Positions 57,402 through 64,000 of a stretch of 64,000 nucleotides of DNA are shown one piece after another; the first letter of the stretch is position 1, and each line of letters begins with the position of its first letter. The notes under the pieces are model-generated. The model was not told where the DNA came from. It searched no databases and worked only from the letters and a program-made list of their open reading frames with translations. Source of the DNA: an uncultured bacterium (GTDB lineage: Bacteria; Electryoneota; RPQS01); the NCBI GenBank assembly GCA_963735175.1, contig CAVTJX010000015.1, forward strand, positions 1,657 to 65,656, given 5' to 3'. A program made the position numbers and the translations under genes.

Positions 57402-59984
57402 ATGCATAGACTTCCACGGCTGACCATCGTCCTCGGTTTACTGGGCGCGCTGGCGATGTTCGCGCAGGCCCAGGGCGTCGCCACGGAATTTCCCAATTAC
57501 GGCGAAGGCAGCCTCGGTCTGGCGGCAACGCCAGGCACGCAAGGCGGCGCCGCGGCCGGTTTCTGGAATCCCGCCGCGTGGTCGGCCATGGATAAGTGGG
57601 AAATGAGTCTGTTGTGGAACGACCGCGATGTGCATCCCAAGCGGATGGACAACTGGGGCTTTGCGCTGGGGGGCAACGGCATTGGCTTTGCCATGCGCCG
57701 TAATAACTTCACGTACGGTGGATTAATGGCGCCCGGTGGCCTGAACTACGGCCATGTGGACGATTATCAGATTGCCGTTGGCGGCGGCGACGGTGGGGAT
57801 TACTGGGGTCTCTCGTGGAACTGGTCGAAGGGTCGTACCGCTGAGTACGCGCGCGGCCGAGGCGAACTCGAACGCGACGACTATCTCGCCCTGGGCAATA
57901 TCACCCGCCCGACTCCTTGTCTCTCCATCGGCAACACGGAGACCATCGGTTTACATCACGGGCATTATCGGGGGATCACCGACGTGGGCATGCGGCCACT
58001 GAAGAACCACCGCTTGACGCTCTTCGGCGACGCGGCCTACGGCGAGAAGGATTCGTGGAGCACGCTGCAGTGGGGCGCGGGCATGGAAGTGCAGCCGATC
58101 AACGGCCTGCGCGTCGCCGGTAAGATGAGCAAGCTCGATCCGTATTCACAGGAGAAGACCTATTCACTCAGCCTCGGTCTATCGCTCGGCGGCACCGGGT
58201 TGCAGGTGATACCGCATTATGACAAAGACCAGAACCGCCTGAGCACGAGTTACCTCCTGCGTATGGGCGAGCAGCAGCCGACCGTAAAGACGCCGCGTTT
58301 CTTTGGAAAAAAGAATGATGTCGTGACGATGAAGTTGAAAGGGCAGGTCGTCTATCAAAGCGCGCGGTTGATGGACAAGGAACGGTTTGCCTTGAAGGAT
58401 ATGCTGGACAGGATTGACGCGGCGAAGCAGGATCCCACCGTGGGCGGTATCGCCCTGAATGTTTCGGATTTCTACGGTTCGCCGGCCACACTGTGGGAAA
58501 TCCGCCAGAAGCTGGAAGACTTCAAGCGGGCCGATAAAAAGGTCTATGTCTATATCGACCGCGGCGGCATGAACGGCTATGCCTTTGCCACCGTCGCCGA
58601 TTACCTGTGGATGGATCCGCAGGGCCAGCTTGCCCTGCCGGGTTACGCGATGGGCCGCACTTACTGGCGGGGCTTCTTCGACAAGATCGGCATTGGCGTG
58701 GACGAGTGGCGCTTCTTCACGTACAAATCCGCCTTTGAGAGCTTTTCGCGCAAGAACATGTCCGAAGCGGACCGCGAGCAGCGCCTGGCTCTGGTGACCG
58801 ACTTCTACAACGAGTGGCAGCGGAATGTGACCGGCGCGCGCAAGCTTTCCGCGGAAACACTGCGCGCTTTGGTTGACAGTCTCGTCATCTTTACCGCGCA
58901 GGACGCGCTGGCGGCGGGTCTCGTCGACACTCTCGGCCGCTGGCCTGACGCCAAAGATATCATTAAAAAAGTCACCGGCCAGAAGCCCAACCTCATCCGC
59001 AGCGGCGAGGTGACGGACGTAACCGAGGCGGATCAGCAATGGGGCAAGTTGCCCACGGTGGCGCTCGTGTACGCCATCGGCGCATGCGACATGGACAGTG
59101 GCATCAAGGGCCGCCAGACCTCGGCCTACATGAGCAAGCTGGAGAAGCGCAAGGATGTCAAGGCAGTGGTGCTGCGCGTGGACTCGCCGGGCGGCGACGC
59201 GCTGCCGTCGGACCTGATTGCCGAGCAAATGACGAAGATCAAGGCCAAGAAGCCGATGATCGTCTCGCAAGGCATGTACGCGGCCTCAGGCGGCTATTGG
59301 CTGAGCATGAATGCGGACAAGATCTATTCCACGCCGCCCACGATCACCGGCTCCATCGGCGTCATCGGCGGTTGGCTGTGGAATGAAAAGATCACCGATA
59401 AGACCGGCTTCACCTGGGACCACGTACAGATCGGCAAGCATGCCGAACTTGGTGGCGGCATTGTGCTGCCGTTCGTTGGCTTGCAGATTCCCGATCGCAA
59501 TCTGAACACGGAAGAGCGCGCTCGGATGGAAAAGCTGATCCGCGGGATGTATACGGACTTCACGCAACAGGTCGCGGCGGGCCGCAAGTTGGATGTCGCG
59601 TTTGTTGATTCCGTCGGTCAGGGCCGGGCGTGGACGGGCCGCCGGGCGTTGGATTTGAAGCTCGTAGACGAGTTGGGCACGCTGGATGACGCTATTGACT
59701 ACGCTCGCGCACAGGCGAAGATTCCTGCCCATCGCCGGATAAAAATCGAAGAATATCCCAAGCGGCCGTTGTTCGACTTCTCGCAATTCATGCCGCAAAT
59801 GTCGCCGTTCGGGCTGCGGTGGTCGGGCAGAAAAGGCAGTGGCACGGCGGTTTCCGCGCAGCAGGACTACGAACTCCACTACTGGCAGCGGATGGCGGGC
59901 CATCGTGGGTTGCCATTACTGATGATGGATCCGGCGGATATGCCGTCGGAGGAATTGGTCCCCTCGGGCTCGCTCGGGAACTGA
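57402..59984 (+). CDS. sppA: Signal peptide peptidase SppA (S49, tandem-domain 67K type) with an extra ~290-aa N-terminal beta-rich domain
   Basis: Intact ORF with ATG at 57402 after CAGGAG. Signal peptide MHRLPRLTIVLGLLGALAMFAQA. The S49 regions are GIALNVSDFYGSPATLWEI and VVLRVDSPGGDALPSDLI...SQGMYAASGGYWLS. Confidence 0.85.
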   Translation: MHRLPRLTIVLGLLGALAMFAQAQGVATEFPNYGEGSLGLAATPGTQGGAAAGFWNPAAWSAMDKWEMSLLWNDRDVHPKRMDNWGFALGGNGIGFAMRRNNFTYGGLMAPGGLNYGHVDDYQIAVGGGDGGDYWGLSWNWSKGRTAEYARGRGELERDDYLALGNITRPTPCLSIGNTETIGLHHGHYRGITDVGMRPLKNHRLTLFGDAAYGEKDSWSTLQWGAGMEVQPINGLRVAGKMSKLDPYSQEKTYSLSLGLSLGGTGLQVIPHYDKDQNRLSTSYLLRMGEQQPTVKTPRFFGKKNDVVTMKLKGQVVYQSARLMDKERFALKDMLDRIDAAKQDPTVGGIALNVSDFYGSPATLWEIRQKLEDFKRADKKVYVYIDRGGMNGYAFATVADYLWMDPQGQLALPGYAMGRTYWRGFFDKIGIGVDEWRFFTYKSAFESFSRKNMSEADREQRLALVTDFYNEWQRNVTGARKLSAETLRALVDSLVIFTAQDALAAGLVDTLGRWPDAKDIIKKVTGQKPNLIRSGEVTDVTEADQQWGKLPTVALVYAIGACDMDSGIKGRQTSAYMSKLEKRKDVKAVVLRVDSPGGDALPSDLIAEQMTKIKAKKPMIVSQGMYAASGGYWLSMNADKIYSTPPTITGSIGVIGGWLWNEKITDKTGFTWDHVQIGKHAELGGGIVLPFVGLQIPDRNLNTEERARMEKLIRGMYTDFTQQVAAGRKLDVAFVDSVGQGRAWTGRRALDLKLVDELGTLDDAIDYARAQAKIPAHRRIKIEEYPKRPLFDFSQFMPQMSPFGLRWSGRKGSGTAVSAQQDYELHYWQRMAGHRGLPLLMMDPADMPSEELVPSGSLGN

Positions 59985-60069
59985 TTCTACAGCAGTTAAA
60001 ATGCTTGTATTTCAGACGGTTAAAAGACTGAGTCGGGGCGGGAACAGCCATTGGGAATCCTTTCTGAGC

Positions 60070-60098
60070 TTGACACAGTTCAAAATAATCAGTAGATT
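60070..60098 (+). promoter_or_regulatory. Sigma-70-like promoter upstream of the small membrane ORF and the tRNA-Val/tRNA-Asp pair
   Basis: TTGACA-17 nt-TAGATT. Confidence 0.6.
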
Positions 60099-60232
60099 GT
60101 CTATCTGATTCCGATTTTTGCGGTGAGGAGCGAACCATTTCCGTCAAGTCCAAACAGAAATCGGCCCTTCCGGGGCTGGGTCGGCCCGGTGACCGGGCAC
60201 GCGACGCAGCGGCGAAAGCCCCCCGCTTTCAG

Positions 60233-60448
60233 GTGCCGTTTACGCGCAAGAATTACATTGCGTTTGGAGTGGGAATTGCGCTGGTGATTATCGGCTACAT
60301 CTGTCTGGGGCAGCCGCCGGCCAGTGGTTTCCTGAGTATGACCTTCGCGCCGATGTTGTTAGTGCTGGGCTACTGCGTGGTCTTTCCGTACGCGATTATG
60401 GCCCGCGAGCGGCCCAAACCGACGGTCGTGACACCGAAGGGCGATTAG
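60233..60448 (+). CDS. Small two-helix membrane protein (DUF3098-like); start uncertain
   Basis: The 71-aa ORF reads FTRKNYIAFGVGIALVIIGYICLG...MTFAPMLLVLGYCVVFPYAIM. The frame is open upstream to 60089 (SVKSKQKS...) without a canonical start. The last 10 nt overlap tRNA-Val. Confidence 0.55.
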   Translation: MPFTRKNYIAFGVGIALVIIGYICLGQPPASGFLSMTFAPMLLVLGYCVVFPYAIMARERPKPTVVTPKGD

Positions 60449-60513
60449 CTCAGCTGGTCCAGAGCGCCTGCTTTACACGCAGGATGTCGGCGGTTCGAAT
60501 CCGTCATCGCCCA
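60439..60513 (+). tRNA. tRNA-Val (TAC)
   Basis: GGGCGATTAGCTCAGCTGGTCCAGAGCGCCTGCTTTACACGCAGGATGTCGGCGGTTCGAATCCGTCATCGCCCA folds as a cloverleaf with anticodon loop TTTACAC. Confidence 0.93.
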
Positions 60514-60553
60514 CCTGGCGAGGCCTAAATCCGACTCGGAATTTCGGCCTTCT

Positions 60554-60599
60554 GATTCGGATTTTGGATTTCGGATTTTGAGTTTGGATTTCAATTTGG
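60554..60599. repeat. About 6.5 tandem 6-7-mers (GATTCGG ATTTTGG ATTTCGG ATTTTGA GTTTGG ATTTCA ATTTGG) between the two tRNAs
   Basis: Read directly. Confidence 0.8.
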
Positions 60600-60602
60600 C
60601 GT

Positions 60603-60679
60603 GGGGTCGTAGTTCAGTTGGTTAGAACGCCAGCCTGTCACGTTGGAGGTCGCGGGTTCGAGCCCCGTCGGCCCCGCCA
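60603..60679 (+). tRNA. tRNA-Asp (GTC), CCA encoded
   Basis: GGGGTCGTAGTTCAGTTGGTTAGAACGCCAGCCTGTCACGTTGGAGGTCGCGGGTTCGAGCCCCGTCGGCCCCGCCA has anticodon loop CTGTCAC. Confidence 0.93.
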
Positions 60680-61181
60680 AATTTCAATAAAAACCTGTGC
60701 TTATGCATGGGTTTTTACTTGCGGTGGCGTGCGGTTACGTGAAAAACGGGGCCGATCGTGGTGACCGTGCCGATCGAGAGCCACAGGCCGCCCTGCAAAC
60801 TGGAAGATTGACTCTCGGGGTAGATTTGACTTACTATAGAAATTGAACTTCGGCTGCGGATTCTGCCGGGCCGGCAACTGCAGACGAGCGAATTCTCCGC
60901 TGATTCAGCGGTAGGGTCGCCTGTTCTGCCTTTCAAGTTACCGCCAAGGCCGGAAGATCCTAAGGATGAGACGGCGGGTAATTCTGTGGGGCGTCGCTTC
61001 GGCGCTCAGCGAACCGTCTGATCTTAAGATTCAAGAGATGTCCGCGAAGAACACCGCTGACGAGCCAAAGCCTTGCATGAGGTCAAATCCGAAAGTGTGT
61101 CATGCGGCCTGACGACGTAAGCTCGAATTGTATGTATAGCCTTTTTTACAGCAAAGACAAACAGACCATCGAGGGCTTTCG

Positions 61182-64000
61182 ATGAAGAGTGAACAGCCTT
61201 CAATCATATTGGCTCCGGCAGCAACCGCAATCCCCGGCAGAAACGCTCTCCTGCTGCGCCAGTCTGTGCTCGCGGCTGCCTACTTTATTTCCGCTTTGCT
61301 GGCCCTCGTACTGACCGGAGAGCCGGGCAGGGTCGCGTCAGTCTGGATTGCCAATGCGCTGGTCGTTACCGTTCTGCTTAAGAAACCGGCGTCCGCGTGG
61401 CTCGGATGGCTCGTTGCCGGACTGCTCGGCAACCTCGCCGCCAACTTGCTGACCGGCGACGCCCCGCTGCCGGCTCTGCTCTTGGGCCTTTGCAATACCA
61501 TCGAAATCGTGCTTGTGTGTGTCCTGACTTCGTTCGGAAATAAACGCGAAGAAACCGACTTAACTGAATTTAAATTTTTAGCGAGGTTTCTCTTCGTTGG
61601 CGTCCTGATCGGATCGGCCGTAGCCAGCTATTTGGCAAGTGTTACGGTCTCCGCCTTTTATGGAATTCCAATCCGACCGGTCTTCTTAACCTGGTTCCGT
61701 TCCGATGCCCTCGGACTATTGATTACAGCGCCGCTGCTGGCAGGAGTGACGGGAAGAGAAATCAAAGCCGCGATTAGCCTCGCGAAAAAATGGGAAACGT
61801 ACGGCTTGATGGTTCTCGCCCCGGCGATAACCTTCTTAGCCCTTGCCTGGATGCCCCATCAGATAATCATGTTACTGGTACTGGTGACCGTCGCGGCTTC
61901 CGTGCGACTTGGCTATGTTGGCGGCGCGATCGTGACGTTTCTCATGACAATCAGCGGGATCATCAGCATCGTCTTTTTCCAGGGGCAGATCGAACAAAAT
62001 GCTCCCATAAAAACTCAGATTGAATGGCTGCAAATCTTCGCGTTCATCAACGTTCTCGTCGCCCTGCCGAATTCGGCACTCTTGCGCGTGTCGCGGAACA
62101 ACGAGGAGAAATATCGCCTGCTCTCCGAGCGCATGGCCGATGTGATTTGGACGCTGGATTTACAAACGATGCGCCTGACATATATTAGTCCGTCCGTGAT
62201 GGCCATGCGCGGATATTCTCCGGAAGAAGCCAGGGCGCAATCGTTGGAAGAAATACTGACACCTGAATCCATGCTGTTAGTGCAGACGTTACTCCCGCAG
62301 CGCATAGCGGCACTGATGTGCGGTGACAGCAGAATGAAAACGCAAACGAATGAGCTCTTCCAATATCGTAAGGACGGCACTGTCGTCGAAACGGAAGTGG
62401 TTACGACTCTGGAGACCGATGCGCATGGGATTCCCGTCAGCGTCATTGGCGTGTCGCGCGATATCACGGAGCGCAAACGCACCGAGGCCGCCTTGCGGCA
62501 GCGGGAGGATCTGCATCGGCTCCTCGTCGAGAATACCCTGTTCCCGGTTGTCATCGTCTCACATGAGGATGACAGGGTTCTGTTCTCCAATGAGCTGGCG
62601 AGCAGTTTTTTTGAAGTGGCGGGACCGGCTGTCGGTCAGTTCGCGCCGGACTTCCATTGTGATCCGCAGGTCTATGCCCGCCTGAAGGCGCGCCTGAAAG
62701 CCGGCGAAATGCCGGTCACATTTGAAGCCCGAATGCGGACCGCGACGGGCAAAACGAAGGAAGTCGTGATATCGTCCACGTGCCTTGAATATAATGGGAT
62801 CCCCGCCCACATCTCGGTCTCCGTAGACCTCACCGCGCGGGTGGCGGCGGAGCAGGCCTTGCGCGCGAACGAGCAAAAGTACCGCACGCTCTACGAAACC
62901 ATGGCGCAGGGAGTTTTCTATCAAGACGCGACGGGCAGGATCCTGTCGGTAAATCCGGCCGCCAGTCACATTTTTGGAATTCCCGTCGAGGATTTTCTGA
63001 GCGGTGCGGCGGAACACACGGCCTTTGAATGGACTCATGAGGACGGCAGTCCTTTTCCGGTGGAGTCGCAACCGCCCGCAATGGCTCTGAAAACAGGACT
63101 TCCGGTCGGGTCCATGGTGGCGGGACTGCGGCACGCCGGATTGAAAGCGATACGGTGGCTGGTCTTGAATTCTGTGCCGCAATTTTCAGTCGGGCCGGAC
63201 AGGCCATCGGGAGTCGTGACTACGATCAATGACATCACGGAGAGCAAACATGCTGAAGATGCCCTTCGTGCGAGCGAGGAACGCTACCGTGAAATCATCG
63301 ACGGACAGGGCGAAGGCCTTGCCATCACCGATCTTGACGATGCCTTTGTGTTTTCCAATCCTGCGGCCGACAAGATCTTCGGCGTGGCCAGGGGCGGAAT
63401 GATCGGGCGGCGCGTCGGCGACTTCGTGAGCGCTTCGCCGCTTGCTTTGGTGAAAGAGCAAACTGCCGTGTTGAAAGCCGGACAAAGCAGTTCCCATGAG
63501 TATCGAAATTCACCGGCCGGACAGCAGCATTCGGGTAATTCAACTCGACCGCCACTCCGCGCCGGGATAATTCAGGCGCGGTCATCGGCACCTTCGGAAT
63601 CTTTCGCGACGTCACCGACTTGCGGAAAGCCGAGGAAGAACGCCGGCGGTATTATCAGCGCTATGCCGCCATGTTGGAAACCACGAAGGACGGTTTCTGG
63701 CAAACCAGCTTAGACGGCCGGCTGCTCGAAGTGAACGATGCTTATTGCCAGATGAGCGGATATTCGCGCGCGGAATTATTAAACATGTCTATCGCGGATG
63801 TCGAGGCACAAGAAACGCCACAAGCGGTCCGGGAGCACCTGCGGCGGCTCAAAAGCATGACGGCCGAGCATTTTGAATCTTCGCATCGCGCCAAAGACGG
63901 CCACACTTATCCCGTGGAAATCAGCCTGACGCGTCTGGCGGACATCGGCGTGCAGATGGTTTTTGTCCGCGACGTCACCGCTCGCAAACAATCGGAAGCG
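61182..64000 (+). CDS. Multi-PAS sensor protein with an N-terminal MASE1-like membrane domain; partial (runs off the right edge), at least one frame change near 63500
   Basis: ORF 61182..63713 has eight or so N-terminal helices (ASVWIANALVVTVLL...). Several PAS modules follow, each ending in a D(I/V)T(E/A)RK-type linker (SRDITERKRTE, NDITESKHAE). The next frame continues FRDVTDLRKAEEE...MSGYSRAELLNMSIADV...VRDVTARKQSE to the window end. Confidence 0.8.

Noticed and set aside
60720-61180. Possible integrated element downstream of tRNA-Asp
   Set aside because: The G+C is somewhat lower and the site follows a tRNA. However, there is no integrase, no repeat of the tRNA 3' end and no credible ORF. 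It is most simply the promoter and leader region of the PAS sensor gene.

Overview
High-G+C bacterial chromosomal segment with about 60 recognisable protein genes, RNase P RNA and three tRNAs. It looks like a metagenome or long-read assembly. A Por/T9SS-type C-terminal sorting domain and a DUF3098-like gene hint at the Fibrobacteres-Chlorobi-Bacteroidetes group, but lineage cannot be fixed from sequence alone.

Gene content is mostly housekeeping:
- Leucine catabolism: methylcrotonyl-CoA carboxylase alpha and beta, enoyl-CoA hydratase.
- recJ; a zinc-ribbon (DUF164) gene, RNase HI and rnpB; lpxK.
- A plus-strand block: PfpI, PolX, GAF protein, phosphohexomutase, glgC, pyrimidine-nucleoside phosphorylase.
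- A thiol-redox group: trxA, dsbD, OsmC.
- Citrate synthase and an IDH-family dehydrogenase.
- hrcA-grpE-dnaJ, then comEA, rsmD and an ABC-2 exporter.
- ftsEX, a membrane pyrophosphatase, rubrerythrin, a Zn/Mn ABC importer.
- An envelope cluster: T9SS substrate, OmpA-family protein, a long SppA.
- A MASE1/PAS sensor that runs off the right edge.

Main observations:
1. About 23 of the conserved genes can only be read by hopping between frames (hppA needs at least 10 changes). This is most likely homopolymer indel error, and it affects all annotation here.
2. Two visibly AT-richer accessory patches stand out. At 9.4-11.1 kb, two ORFans (one with HEFGH) are wedged between rnpB and rnhA. At 25.8-28.1 kb there is an ORF with a HEPN-like Rx4H motif, an HNH-like ORF, and a nearby SprT-like metalloprotease.
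3. The intergenic DNA is very repeat-rich. It holds GTAG-headed REP-like hairpins of several families and families of tandem heptamers. One heptamer family also builds a ~94-nt extended P12 helix inside RNase P RNA.
4. There are several orphan promoter/terminator pairs that could be small RNAs.

No CRISPR array, transposase, integrase or rRNA is visible. I found no complete, clearly novel multi-gene system. The HEPN/HNH locus and the rnpB-adjacent island are the best candidates.
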